Below, piece after piece: positions 11,401 to 23,300 of a stretch of DNA of 64,000 nt; positions within the stretch are counted from its first letter, which is position 1, and every line of letters begins with the position of its first letter. A model generated the notes under the pieces. It had not been told where the DNA came from and searched no databases. It worked only from the letters and a program-made list of their open reading frames with translations. Origin of the DNA: Squalus acanthias (lineage: Eukaryota). The DNA is taken from positions 310,001 to 374,000 of the forward strand of contig JASTWF010000180.1 in assembly GCA_030390025.1 (NCBI GenBank). Direction: 5' to 3'. The translations under genes and the position numbers were made by a program.

Positions 11401-12380
11401 AGATTCTGAGGACAAGCAGCTGTAATTGGTGTCGTTGCACAAAGAGTGGCTGAAATTCTAGGTGTGTTTCTTCGAGAAAAAACCCGAGAGGAAGCACGAT
11501 AGTTTTTAGTTGGAACATCCTGATAGGCCCTTACTGGGGCAGTTCGGTAGGACTTAGCTTGATAAGCCCTCGTAGAGGCTCTTGATAGGCAAACCTTTAC
11601 AAAATGACCCTTTTTGTTGCAATGACTGCAAAACGCATTGCGAGCAGGGCAGAATCTCCGAGGGTGAAACTCATCACCACAAAAAAAGCATTTCTTAGAT
11701 TGCCAAGAGGCTGCCACAGTGGGGTCATCATCCTCTTCATCAGTGAAGTCATCAGATCGATCGTCAGGGATAAAGTCCTCCCTAATAGAGTTCACCTGTG
11801 GCCTCTTAAATTGCCTGACTGTAGTTAAGGCAGCAGACCGAGGTCTGGGCACTGTAAAAAGGTCTGCATTTCTTTTTGCCAGATCTAGAGAGCAAGCCAG
11901 GTCATAAGCTCTCTGCAGCTCAAGTGTCTTACTTTCCAGTAGACGCTGGCGTATAAATGGGGAGGCAAGCCCGCAGATGAACGCATCACGGATCATTTCT
12001 TCGCGGTATAGCTCAGCTGAGGCTGCCCGAAAGTTACAGTCCATACTAAGTCTGCGAAGCTCTTGGAGGAATTTATCAATGGATTCCTCCGGCCCTTGTT
12101 GGGCTGTAGCTAGTAGATGTCTAGCATAGACCTCATTCGGTGTCTTAGTATATAGTCTCTTAAGCGTCTGAATTGCCTCCTCATAACTGTCCCAGTCTTC
12201 CACATACTGAAATACATTCGGGGTGACACAGTTGATGAGTATCCGCAACTTTGAGTTATCATCAGCTTTGCAATACTCAAGAAAATTCTCAAACGTGCGA
12301 TACCAGTGTTTCCACACCTTACCGGCTGCTGGGGTGTTTGGGTCCAAGTCAAGACGCGATGGTTTAAGGATGTTTTCCAT
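8424..12380 (-). CDS. Gypsy Gag-Pol polyprotein, 1318 aa
   Basis: Two Zn knuckles (CFFCGDEFHPRRFC, CSHCNKKGHFVKVC), protease LIDSGST, RT (LPFG, YLDN), RNase H VECDAS, integrase HHCC and SIDFKG/HSDRG/GQVER; PR-RT-RH-IN order. Confidence 0.96.
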   Translation of the reverse strand: MENILKPSRLDLDPNTPAAGKVWKHWYRTFENFLEYCKADDNSKLRILINCVTPNVFQYVEDWDSYEEAIQTLKRLYTKTPNEVYARHLLATAQQGPEESIDKFLQELRRLSMDCNFRAASAELYREEMIRDAFICGLASPFIRQRLLESKTLELQRAYDLACSLDLAKRNADLFTVPRPRSAALTTVRQFKRPQVNSIREDFIPDDRSDDFTDEEDDDPTVAASWQSKKCFFCGDEFHPRRFCPARNAFCSHCNKKGHFVKVCLSRASTRAYQAKSYRTAPVRAYQDVPTKNYRASSRVFSRRNTPRISATLCATTPITAACPQNLFHAAPKASIKGHTLDALIDSGSTDSFIREQTVAQLKLHVFPSDQAVAMAQSSLNTRISGFCVVEIMLKGHRYPSTRLSVLKDLCSDLILGLDFQKQHKKLTIEFGGSKPELTISNIRPRLPFCALSAASLDEPSLFASIPPRCKPIITKSRRFSQEDQSFIAAEISRLLAEDIIEPCSSPWRAQVVIVKNPLQPHKKRLCIDYSQTINQYTDLDAYPLPRIDDMVNKLAEYTVFSTYDLKSAYHQVPLKVSDKQYTAFEANGRLYQFRRLPFGVTNGVAVFQRAMDDLVKQEDLKDTFPYLDNITVAGRNQQEHDANLQRFWDALQHRNLTLNAAKSIESQPTINILGYCVGNGIIKPDPERLRPLQELPPPKNPASLRRALGLFAYYAKWIPNFSDRIQPLLKASTFPLDTTAVAAFNLLKKQLEKAALHSIDESLPFVVECDASEVAISATLNQEGRPVAFLSRTFQGAELHYPPVEKEATAIIEAVRKWSHLLARQHFTLITDQRSVAFMLDNRKRTKIKNNKIQLWRLELASFGYTIHYRPGKENVAPDTLTRAFCSAMAPSTLVDIHDGLCHPGVTRMLHFVRSRNLPFSTGDVKKMCSDCRVCAELKPRFFRPSGGILIHATQPMQRLSIDFKGPLPSSTRNTYLLTMVDEYSRFPFAFPCPNMLTTTVISCLEQVFAFCGMASYVHSDRGPSFMSGELKAYLSERGIAASKTTPYHPVGNGQVERFNAIIWNAVRLALRSRGLPNQHWEAVLPDALHSTRSLLSTATNTTPHERFFRFQRRSSYGTSLPSWLTAPGPVLLRRYVRASKNDPLVDEVELTDVNPTYAYIRYPDGRESTVSLRDLAPCPPKHRGTPGDDIVPGTSLGLPGASHHDRDLTPAGTSLQRADLGQTDYEPVGARTRSHDQPCTVRSETDLPQPCPTPIRVPVHSQDRSDPSQSGLEHSDSGPWPAAGKRARGPLPLREPKRVRLSLIQRLRNGGSIPAS

Positions 12381-12459
12381 GATGGGTGATTCCCTGGATC
12401 CTTAGCTCCGAGTTCGTCCAAAAAGTTTGAGTGCGAAGTTTTACAAAAGTTGATTAAAT

Positions 12460-12642
12460 TGTCGTAAGAATGAGCCTTACGCGTGGTAAACTTAATGTAA
12501 GCTTTAATCAACTTAAAACGGTGCTGCATACAAAAGAGGTCTTACCCTATGCCTCTTCCAGAGCTAACTGATCAGTCCAGTATTTATCCTGGACTGATTA
12601 CAGGAAGTGATGTCATACAGGAAGCTGAAAAGTGTTACCACA
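12460..12642 (-). repeat. 5' LTR of Gypsy element
   Basis: 183 bp TG...CA; TATA-like GATAAATA inside a 10-bp inverted repeat; ATTAAA. Confidence 0.95.
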
Positions 12643-15600
12643 ATCACTCTGCTCAGTCACACCTTTATCTCTCTCCCTCTGTTGGTGTCTCTCTGTATCA
12701 CTGTACTCAGTCACACCTTTATCTCTCTCCCTCTGTTGGTGTCTCTCTTTATCAGTCTGCTCAGTCACACCTTTATCTCTCTCCCTCTGTTGGTGTCTCT
12801 CTGTATCACTGTGCTCAGTCACACCTTTATCTGCTTTCCTCTGTTGGTGTCTCTGTATCACTGTACTCAGTCACACCTTTATCTCCTTTCCTCTGTTGGT
12901 GTCTCTGTATCACTGTGCTCAGTCACAGATTTATCACTCTCTCTCTGTTGGTGTCTCTCTGTATCAATGTACTCAGTCACACCTTTATCTCTCTCTCTCT
13001 CTCTGTTGGTGTCTCTCGGTATCACTGTACTCAGTCACATCTTTATCTCTCTCCCTCTGTTGGTGTCTCTCTGTATCACAGTGCTCAGTCACACCATTAT
13101 CTCTCTCCCTCTGTTGGTGTCTCTGTATCACTGAATTCAGTCACACCTTTATCTCACACCTTTATCTCTCTCCCTCTGTTGGTGTCTCTCTGTATCACTG
13201 TGCTCCGTCATACCTTTATTTCTCTCCCTCTGTTGGTGTCTCTGTATCACTGTGCTCAGTCACACCTTTATCTCTCTCCCTCTGTTGGTGTCTCTCTGTA
13301 TCACTGTACTCAGTCACACCTTTATCTCTCTCCCTCTGTTGGTGTCTCTGTATCACTGTGCTCAGTCGCACCTTTATCTCTCTCCCTCTGTTGGTGTCTC
13401 TGTATCACTGTGCTCAGTCGCACCTTTATCTCTCTCCCTCTGTTGGTGTCTCTCTGTATCACAGTGCACAGTCACACCATTATCTCTCTCCTTCTGTTGG
13501 TGTCTCTGTATCACTGTGCTCAGTCACACCTTTATCGCTCTCCCTCTGTTGGTGTCTCTGTATCACTGTGCTCAGTCACACCTTTATCTCTCTCCCTCTG
13601 TTGGTTTCTCTGTATCGCTGTGCTCAGTCACACCTTTATCTCTCTCCCTCTGTTGTTGTCTCTCTGTATCACTGTGCTCAGTCGCACCTTTATCTCTCTC
13701 CCTCTGTTGGTGTCTACTGTAGCACTGTGCTCAGTCACACCTTTATCTCTCTCCCTCTGTTGGTGTCTTTCTGTATCACTGTGCTCAGTTTCACCTTTAT
13801 CTCTCTCCCTCTGTTGGTGTCACTCTGTAGCACTGTGCTCAATCACACCTTTATCTCACTCCCTCTGTTGGTGTCTCACTGTATCACTCTGCTCAGTCGC
13901 ACCTTTATCTCTCTCCCTTTGTTGGTGTCTCTCTTATCACTGTACTCAATCACACCTTTAACTCTCTCTCTCTCTGTTGGTGTCTCTCTGTATCACTGTG
14001 CTCAGTCACACCTTTATCTCTCTCCCTCTGTTGGTGTCTCTCTGTATCACTGTACTCAGTCACACCTTTATCTCTCTCTCTCTGTTGGTGTCTCTCTGCA
14101 TCACTGTGCTCAGTCACACATTTACTCTCTCCCTCTGTTGGTGTCTCTGTATCACTGTATTCAGTCACACTTTTATCTCACACCTTTATGTCTCTCCCTC
14201 TGTTGGTGTCTCTCTGTATGACTGTGCTCAGTCACACCTTTATCTCTCTCCCTCTGTTGGTGTCTCTCTTATCACTGTACTCAATCACACCTTTAACTCT
14301 CTCTCTCTCTGTTGGTGTCCCTCTGTATCACTGTGCTCAGTCACACCTTTATCTCTCTCCCTCTGTTGGTGTCTCTCTGTATCACTGTGCTCAGTCACAC
14401 CTTTATCTCTCTCCCTCTGTTGGTGTCTATCTGTATCACAGTGCTCAGTCACACCATAATCTCTCTCCATCTGTTGGTGTCTCTGTATCACTGTGCTCAG
14501 TCACACCTTTATCTCTCTCCCTCTGTTGGTGTCTCTCTGTATCACTGTACTCAGTCACACCTTTATCTCTCTCCCTCTGTTGGTGTCTCTGTATCACTGT
14601 GCTCAGTCGCACCTTTATCTCTCTCCCTCTATTGGTGTCTCTCTGTATCACTGTGCTCAGTCACACCATTATCTCTCTCCCTCTGTTGGTGTCTCTGTAT
14701 CACTGTACTCAGTCACACCTTTATCTCTCTCCCTCTATTGGTGTCTCTCTGTATCACAGTGCTCAGTCACACCATTATCTCTCTCCCTCTGTTGGTGTCT
14801 CTGTATCACTGTACTCAGTCACACCTTTATCTCTCTCCCTCTATTGGTGTCTCTCTGTATCACAGTGCTCCGTCACACCTTTATCTCTCTCCCTCTGTTG
14901 GTGTCTCTCTGTATCACTGTGCTCAGTCACACCTTTATCTCTCTCCCTCTGTTGGTGTCACTCTGTATCACTGTACTCAGTCACACCTTTATCTCTCTCC
15001 CTCTGTTGGTGTCTCTGTATCACTGTGCTCAGTCACACCTTTATCTCTCTCCCTCTATTGGTGTCTCTCTGTATCACTGTGCTCAGTCACACCATTATCT
15101 CTCTCCCTCTGTTGGTGTCTCTGTATCACTGTACTCAGTCACACCTTTATCTCTCTCCCTCTATTGGTGTCTCTCTGTATCACTGTGCTCCGTCACACCT
15201 TTATCTCTCTCCCTCTGTTGGTGTCTCTGTATCACTGTGCTCAGTCACACCTTTATCTCTCTGCCTCTGTTGGTGTCTCTCTGTATCACTGTACTCAGTC
15301 ACACCTTTATCTCTCTCCCTCTGTTGGTGCCTCTCTGTATCACTGTGCTCAGTCACACCTTTATCTCTCTCCCTCTGTTGGTGTCACTGTATCACTGTTT
15401 TCAGTCACACCTTTATCGCTCTCCCTCTGTTGGTGTCTCTGTATCGCTGTGCTCCGTCACACGTTATCGCTCTCGCTCTGTTGGTGTGTCTTTGTATCAC
15501 TGTGCTCAGTCACACCTTTATCTCTCTCCCTCTGTTGGTATCTCTCTGTATCACTGTGCTCAGTCACACCTTTATCTCTCTCCCTCTGTTGGTATCTCTC

Positions 15601-18600
15601 TGTATCACTGTACTCAGTCACACCGTTATCTCTCTCCCTTTGTTGGTGTCTCTCTTATCACTGTACTCAGTCACAGTTTAACTCTCTCTCTCTCTGTTGG
15701 TGTCTCTCTGTATCACTGTGCTCAGTCACACCTTTATCTCTCTCCCTCTGTTGGTGTCTCTCTGTAGCACTGTGCTCATTCACACCTTTATCTCTCTCCC
15801 TCTGTTGGTGTCTCTCTGTATCACTGTGCTCATTCACACCTTTATCTCTCTCCCTCTGTTGGTGTCTCTCTGTATCACTGTGCTCAGTCTCACCTTTATC
15901 TCTCTCCCTCTGTTGGTGTCACTCTGTAGCACTGTGCTCAATCACACCTTTATCTCACTCCCTCTGTTGGTGTCTCTCTGTATCACTGTAATCAGTCATG
16001 CCTTCATCTCGCGCGCTCTATTGATGTCTCTCTGTATCACTGTACTCAATCACACCTTTATCTCTCTCCCTCTGTTGGTGTCTCTCTGTATCACTGTGCT
16101 CAATCACACCTTTATCTCTCTCCCTCTGTTGGTGTCTCTCTGTATCACTGTGTTCAGTCACACCTTTATCTCTCTCCCTCTGTTGGTGTCTCTCTGTATC
16201 ACTGTGCTCAGTCACACCTTTATCTCTCTCTCTCTGTTGCTGTCTCTCTGTATCACTGTGGTCAGTCACACCTTTATCTCACTCCCTCTGTTGGTGTCTC
16301 ACTGTATCACTGTGCTCAGTCACACCATTATCTCTCTCCCTCTGTTGGTGTCTCTGTATCACTTTGCTCAGTCACACCTTTATCTCTCTCCCTCTGTTGG
16401 TGTCTCTCTGTATCACTGTGCTCCTTCACTCCTTTATCTCTCTCCCTCTGTTGGTTTCTCTCTGTATCACTGTGTTCAGTCACACCTTTGTCTCTCTCTC
16501 TCTCTGTTGGTGTCTCTGGAGCACTGTGCACAGTCGCACCTTTATCTCTCTCCCTCTGTCGCTGTCTCTCTGTATCACTGTGGTCAGTCACACCTTTATC
16601 TCTCTCCCTCTGTTGGTGTCTCTCTGTATCACTGTGCTCAGTCACACCTTTATCTCTCTCCCTCTTTTGGTGTCTATCTGTATCACTGTGCTCAGTCACA
16701 CCTTTATCTCTCTCCCTCTGTTGGTGTCTATCTGTATCACTGTGGTCAGTCACACCTTTATCTCTCTCCATCTGTTGGTGTCTCTGTATCACTGTATTCA
16801 GTCACTCCTTTATCTCTCTCTCTCTGTTGGTGTCTCTGTATCGCTGTGCTCAGTCACACCTTTATCTCTCTCCCTCTGTTGGTGTCTATCTGTATCACTG
16901 TGCTCAGTCACACCTTTATCTCTCTCCCTCTGTTGCTGTCTCTCTGTATCACTGTGGTCAGTCACACCTTTATCTCTCTCCATCTGTTGGTGTCTCTGTA
17001 TCACTGTATTCAGTCACACCTTTATCTCACACCTTTATCTCTCTCCCTCTGTTGGTGTCTCTCTGTATCACTGTACTCAGTCACACCTTTATCTCTCTCC
17101 CTCTGTTGGTGCCTCTCTGTATCACTGTGCTCAGTCACACCTTTATCTCTCTCCCTCTGTTGGTGTCTCTGTATCACTGTTTTCAGTCACACCTTTATCG
17201 CTCTCCCTCTGTTGGTGTCTCTGTATCGCTGTGCTCAGTCACACGTTATCGCTCTCGCTCTGTTGGTGTCTCTTTGTATCACTGTGCTCAGTCACACCTT
17301 TATCTCTCTCCCTCTGTTGGTGTCTCTCTGTATCACTGTGCTCAGTCACACCTTTATCTCTCTCCCTCTGTTGGTGTCTCTGTATCACTGTGCTCAGTCA
17401 CACCTTTATCTCTCTCTCTCTGTTGGTGTCTCTGTATCACTGTGCTCAGTCACACCTTTATCTCACTCCCTCTGTTGGTGTCTCTCTGTATCACTGTGCT
17501 CAGTCACACCATTATCTCTCTCCCTTTGTTGGTGTCTCTCTTATCACTGTACTCAGTCACACCTTTAACTCTCTCTCTCTCTGTTGGTGTCTCTCTGTAT
17601 CACTGTGCTCAGTCACACCTTAATCTCTCTCCCTTTGTTGGTGTCTCTCTTATCACTGTACTCAGTCACACCTTTAACTCTCTCTCTCTCTGTTGGTGTC
17701 CCTCTGTATCACTGTGCTCAGTCACACCTTTATCTCTCTCCCTCTGTTGGTGTCTCTCTCTATCACTGTACTCAGTCACATCTTTATCTCTCTCCCTCTT
17801 TTGGTGTCTCTCTGTACCACTGTGCTCATTCACACCTTTATCTCTCTCTCTCTGTTGGAGTCTCTCTGTATCACTGTGCTCAGTCGCACCTTTATCTCTC
17901 TCCCTCTGTTGGTGTCTCTCTGTATCACCGTGCTCAGTCACACCTTTATCTCTCTCCCTTTGTTGGTGTCTCTCTTATCACTGTACTCAATCACACCTTT
18001 AACTCTCTCTCTCTCCCTCTGTTGGTGTCTCTCTGTATCACTGTACTCAATCACACCTTTAACTCTCTCTCTCTCTGTTGGTGTCTTTCTGTATCACTGT
18101 GCTCAGTCACGCCTTTATCTCTCTCCCTCTGTTGGTGTCTCTCTGTATCACTGTACTCAGTCAAACCTTTATCTCTCTCTCTCTGTTGGTGTCTCTCTGT
18201 ATCACTGTGCTCAGTCTCACCTTTATCTCTCTCCCTCTGTTGGTGTCACTCTGTAGCACTGTGCTCAGTCACAGCTTTATCTTTCTCCCTCTGTTGGTGT
18301 CTCTCTGTATCACTGTGCTCAGTAGCACCTTTATCTCTCTCCCTCTGTTGGTGTCACTCTGTAGCACTGTGCTCAATCACACCTTTATCTCTCTCCCTCT
18401 GTTGTTGTCTCTCTGTATCACTGTGCTCAGTCTCACCTTCATCTCACTCCCTCTGTTGGTGTCTCTGTATCAGTGTGCTCAATCACACCTTTATCTTACT
18501 CCCTCTGTTGGTGTCTCTGTATCACTGTGCTCAGTCACACCTTTATCTTTCTCCCTCTGTTGGTGTCTCTCTGTATCACTGTGCTGAGTCACACCTTTAT

Positions 18601-18955
18601 CTCTCTCCCTCTGTTGGTGTCTCTCTGTATCACTGTGCTCCTTCACTCCTTTATCTCTCTCCCTCTGTTGGTTTCTGTCTGTATCACTGTGCTCAGTCAC
18701 ACCTTTATCTCTCTCTCTCTCTGTTGGTGTCTCTGTATCACTGTGCACAGTCACACGTTTAGTTCTCTCCCTCTGTGTGTCTCTCTGTATCACTGTGCTC
18801 AGTCACAGCTTTATCTCTCTCCCTCTGTTGGTGTCTCTCTGTATCACTGTGCTCAGTCACACCTTTATCTGTCTCCCTCTGTTGGTGTGTCTTTGCATTA
18901 CTGTACTCAGTCATAGCTTCATCTATCTGCCACTGTTCTGTGTATCTCTTTATCA
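12643..18955. repeat. 52-54-bp satellite, array 1 main part (RSS-like monomer)
   Basis: About 115-120 monomers estimated from length; source of all LSHTFISLPLLVSLCITV-type ORFs. Confidence 0.98.
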
Positions 18956-19310
18956 ATCAGACTATCCCCAAATCATGTCCTCTAGAAGTGCCAGTGATAT
19001 TCTGAAATGTTACATTCCCGTATTTAATATCCACCTGGATATAGTGACATTATCCTGTAGATCTAACTACCAATTCAATGTGGAAAATTACATTAACCAC
19101 TTGGGCATTAAAATAACTGACGCAAGTAAGGACATCATACAAAGTAATAAAATGGCAGCAGTTATCGTAATAATAACAACAGCAATAATAACAATATTAA
19201 TAACAAAAACTTACAGCAATAGTAATAATAATCTAGTGTAAGCATGCAGCAATGTTCGCTCATACATTGAGAATTCATGTTTCGCAGACTGGCTTCCAGT
19301 TCTCTCCTGT

Positions 19311-19328
19311 TGCCAATAGATGGCGCTC
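19311..19328 (+). promoter_or_regulatory. Putative CTCF site
   Basis: GCCAATAGATGGCGCT resembles core CCASYAGRKGGCRS. Confidence 0.5.
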
Positions 19329-19835
19329 CAGCACCGTGTTTGAGTTTCCACTGCTCCATATCGTGGGTTTGGCATTTGTTACGCGGGTAGGCGATTCCTC
19401 TCAATGAAACTGCGCATGTTCATCACACCATTGCATGTTGGTCCCTTCCTGTACGTCAGACCAACGAGGGATGGGCTTTCTGACTCGGCTCGGAGACGGT
19501 ATGAAAACTGTGGGTTTCTTCTTTAAACTTGTTGTTCATTCCCAGCACACAGAGCCGGAGATTCAGGAACAGCTCGGCCCATCGGTGATCTCCGGGACAC
19601 CGCTCTGTGCAAATGAACTCGATCGCTGAAAAATAATTAAGCCCAGCTCTGAGGTACTGTCACCCTGAGCAGTTAGGGCTGCAGTCTCCAGCATACAGTG
19701 TCTGTGACAGGTGACACGACGTTGCGATACACACAGGTACAGGAGTGTAGTGTTTATGGGAGTAGAGTAGCAACGCTGATCTAACGAGTTTTCATCCCAC
19801 GTTGGCAAGTTAGAACATTGAGTTCAATGAATCAG

Positions 19836-20295
19836 ATAAGACTTGCATTTATATAGCAACTTTCACGACCTCAGGTCGTCCTAAATCGCTTTACAGCCAC
19901 TTTTTGAAGTATAGTTACTGTTGTAATGCAGGAAATTCGACAGCCAAAATGTGCACAGCAAGATCCCAGAAACAGCAATGTTCTAATGACCAGATAATCT
20001 GGTTTAGTGATGTTGATTGAGGGATAAATATAGCCTCCAGCGAGACCTCTCCTCCTCTTCTTCGAAATAGTGGCCGTGCGATCTGTTCCGTCTACATTGA
20101 GGGGGCAGAGCGGGCCTGGGCTCAACGCCCCATCTGAAGGATGGCACCTCCGACAGTGCAGCACCCACTCAGTACTGCATTGGAGTGCCAGCTTAGCATT
20201 TTTGTGCTGAAGTCTCTGGAGTGGAACACCACAAGTGAACTCACAAACATTCTGACTCAGAGGCGAGGGTGCTACCCGCTGAGCCACGGCTGATA
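19836..20295 (-). mobile_element. tRNA-derived SINE with Deu-domain-like core (SacSINE1/AmnSINE-like)
   Basis: Minus strand starts tcagccgtggctcagcgggtagc (A-box-like), ends gctatataaatgcaagtc; partial copies near 36770-36890, 42080-42360, 51500-51645. Confidence 0.7.
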
Positions 20296-20339
20296 CTGAC
20301 ATTTTGGGGAGGTGGGGTGGGGGGGGGGATCTGAGAGCA

Positions 20340-23300
20340 CTAAGGTAGTGTAGGAGTCCCCTGAGCCCAAACTGCTCACCAACCAGTATTCGGTGCTGAG
20401 TGGGGGCGATGTTTCCTCTGGGGAGTGCAGCCAGAGCAAGTCCACAGCACCATGGAAGGCTCATCTGCACGGAGGAGGTGGGGTGGGGGTGGGAGGGGGG
20501 GTGCTGGCTAAGAGGAGAGGGAGAGCAATAGTGATAGGGGATTCAATAGTTAGGGGAGCAGACAGCCGTTTCTGCGGCCGCAGACGTGACTCCACGATGC
20601 TATGTTACCTCCCTGGTTCCAGGGTCAAGGTTGTCACTGAACGGCTACAGGGAATTCTGCGGGGGGGAGGGTGAACAGCCAGAGGTCGTGGTCCAAATCG
20701 GTACCAACGACATAGGTAGAAAGAGGGATGAGGTCCTGTAGGCAGAGTTTAGGGAGCTAGGAAAGAGGTTAAAAAGCAAGACCTCAAAGGTAGTAATCTC
20801 AGGATTACCCCAGTAACAGGCGCTAGTGAGTACAGGCATAGGAAGATGGAGCAAATGAAAGCGTGGCTGCAGATATGGTGTAGGAGGGAAGGCTTCAGAT
20901 TCATGAGGATTTGGAACCGTTTCTGGGGGAGATGGGACCTCTATAAGCCAGATGGTTTGCACCTCAACGGGAACGGGATCAATATCCTCGCGGGAGGGTT
21001 TGCTAGTGCTGTTGGGGAGGGTTTAAACTAGTTTGGCAGGGGGATGGGAACCTAAGAGTAGAGTCAGTAGGGAGGGAAGTAAAACTGGAATTGGAAAACG
21101 CAAAACGTAGAAAGTAACTTGGAAGGACAGAGGAATCAAGGGCTAGATAGTAGTCAACAAGGAGGTTTGCTTGTACTAAATGGTATATACTTCAATGCAA
21201 GGAGCATAGCGAATAAGGCAGATGAGCTGAGGGCACAAGTAGATACTTGGGACTATGATATTATAGCTATTACAGAGACGTGGCTGAAAGAGGGGCAGGT
21301 ATGGCAGCTCAACATCCCTGGTTACAGGATTTTCAGACGTGATAGAGAGGGAGGTAAAAAGGGAGGGGGTCGCGGTATTGATTAAATAAACTATTACAGC
21401 TGATATGTTGGAGGGATCATCAAACGAGGCCATATGGGTCGAATTCAAAAACAAAAAAGGGGCGATCACACTGCTGGGAGTGTACTACAGACCCCCAAAC
21501 AGTGAGAGGAAGATAGAAGAGCAAATATGTCGACACATTTCTGAGAAGTGCAAAAACTTCAGGGGAGTAATAGTAAGGGATTTCAGCTACCCCAATATTA
21601 ACTGGGATAAAATTCGTGTGAAGGGTATAGAGGGTGCAGAATTCCTAAAATGCATCCAGGAGAACTTTTTTTAGCCAGTATGTAGCAAGCCCAACAAGAG
21701 AGGGGGCGGTTCTGGACTTAGTTTTGTGAATGAAGCTGGGCAGGTAGAAGGCTTATCAGTGGGGAACCATTTTGGTGCTAGAGACCATAATTCAGTTGGA
21801 AGTAAGGTAGTTATGGAAAAGGACAAGGATAGACCGGGAATAAAAATTCTAAAATGGGGAAAAGCAAATTTTGCTAAGCTCAGAGGGGATTTAGCCATAG
21901 TGGACTGGAAACAGCTACTTGAAGGTTAATCAGTGTCAGAGCAGTGGGAGGCATTCAAGGAGGAGATCCGGCGGGTTCAGAACAAATATGTGCCCTTAAA
22001 GAAAAAAGGTGGGACTAACAAATCTAGAGCCCCCTGGATGTCTAGTGACATACAGGGTACGATAAATAAAAAAGGGAGGTGTATGACAGATACCGAGGGC
22101 TAAATACTCCAGAATCTTTAGAGCAGTGCAGAAAGTGCAGGGGTGCAATTAAAAAGGATATTAGGAAAGCAAAGAGAGAGCATGAAAAATTCTTGGCAAG
22201 AAAAATCAAGGAAAACCCAAAGATGTTTTATAAATATATTAAGAGGAAGAGGATAACTAAAGAAAGGGTAGGACCTATTAGAGATCATGAGGGTAATCTG
22301 TGTCTGGAGGCGGGAGACGTCGGTAGGGTTCTTAATGAATACTTTGCGTCTGTTTTCACAAAGGAGAGGGGCGAAACAGACATTGCTATCAGGGAGGAGG
22401 AAAGTGAAATATTAGATGAAATAAACATAGTCAGAGAGGAAGTATTAAGGGCTTTAGCAGCTGCAGAAGTGGATAAATCCCCAGCCGCGGATGAAACGTA
22501 TCCCAGGCTGTTAAGCGAAGCACAAGAGGAAATAGCAGAGGCCCTGACCATCATTTTCAAATCATCTCTGGCTTCAGGTGTGGTGCCGGAGGGCTGGAGG
22601 ACTGCTAATGTGGTACCCTTGTTTAAAAAGGGAGGTAAGGATAGACCGAGTAATTACAGGCCACTCAGCCGAACCTCGGTGGTGGGTAAATTATTGGAAA
22701 GAATTCTGAAGGACAGGATAAATCTTCATTTAGAAAGATACGGATTAATCAAGGATAGTCAACACGGATTTGTTAAGGAAAGTGACCAGACGAAAGGTCT
22801 TCGACCTGAAACGTTAACGCTGTTTCTCTCTCCACGGATGCTGCCTGGCCTGCTGAGTTTTTTCCAGCGTTTTCTGTTGTTATTTCGGATTTCCATCACC
22901 CGCAGTATTTTGCTATTATGTTATTTGTTAAGGGAAGGTCGTGTCTGACAAACTTGATTGAATTTTTTGAGGAGGTAACAAGGAGGGTAGCAGAAGATAG
23001 TGCGTTTGATGTAGTGTATATGAACTTTAGCAAGGCTTTTGATAAGGTTTCACATGGCTGACTGGTCACGAAGTTAAAAGCCCGTGGGATCCAGGGCAAA
23101 ATGTCAAGTTGGATCCAAAACTGGCTCGGAGGCAGGAAGCAGAGGGTAATGGTTGATGGGTGGTTTTGTGATTGGAATGCTGTTTCCAGTGGGGTTCCGC
23201 AGGGCTCAGTACTGGGTTCCTGCTTTTTGTGGTATATATCAATGATCTAGACTTGAATATAGGGGGTATGATTAAGAAGTTTGCAGACGATACTAAAATC

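Larger units (their letters stand above)
8223..12642 (-). mobile_element. Intact Ty3/Gypsy LTR retrotransposon
   Basis: Identical 183-bp TG...CA LTRs (8223-8405, 12460-12642), ATCAC TSD (8218-8222, 12643-12647), polypurine tract at 8406-8417, single gag-pol ORF. Confidence 0.97.

Noticed and set aside
7855-18955. CRISPR-like appearance of regular repeats
   Set aside because: No unique spacers, no cas genes, vertebrate context.
12643-18955. Monomer as a complete D segment (GTG-ACTGAG-CAC flanked by two RSSs)
   Set aside because: The second CAC (cacacct) has no nonamer-like sequence at 12 or 23 bp.
12549-19241. Many long ORFs (up to 623 aa here; 726 aa in array 2)
   Set aside because: Translations of a stop-poor 54-bp satellite in all frames; no gene structure.
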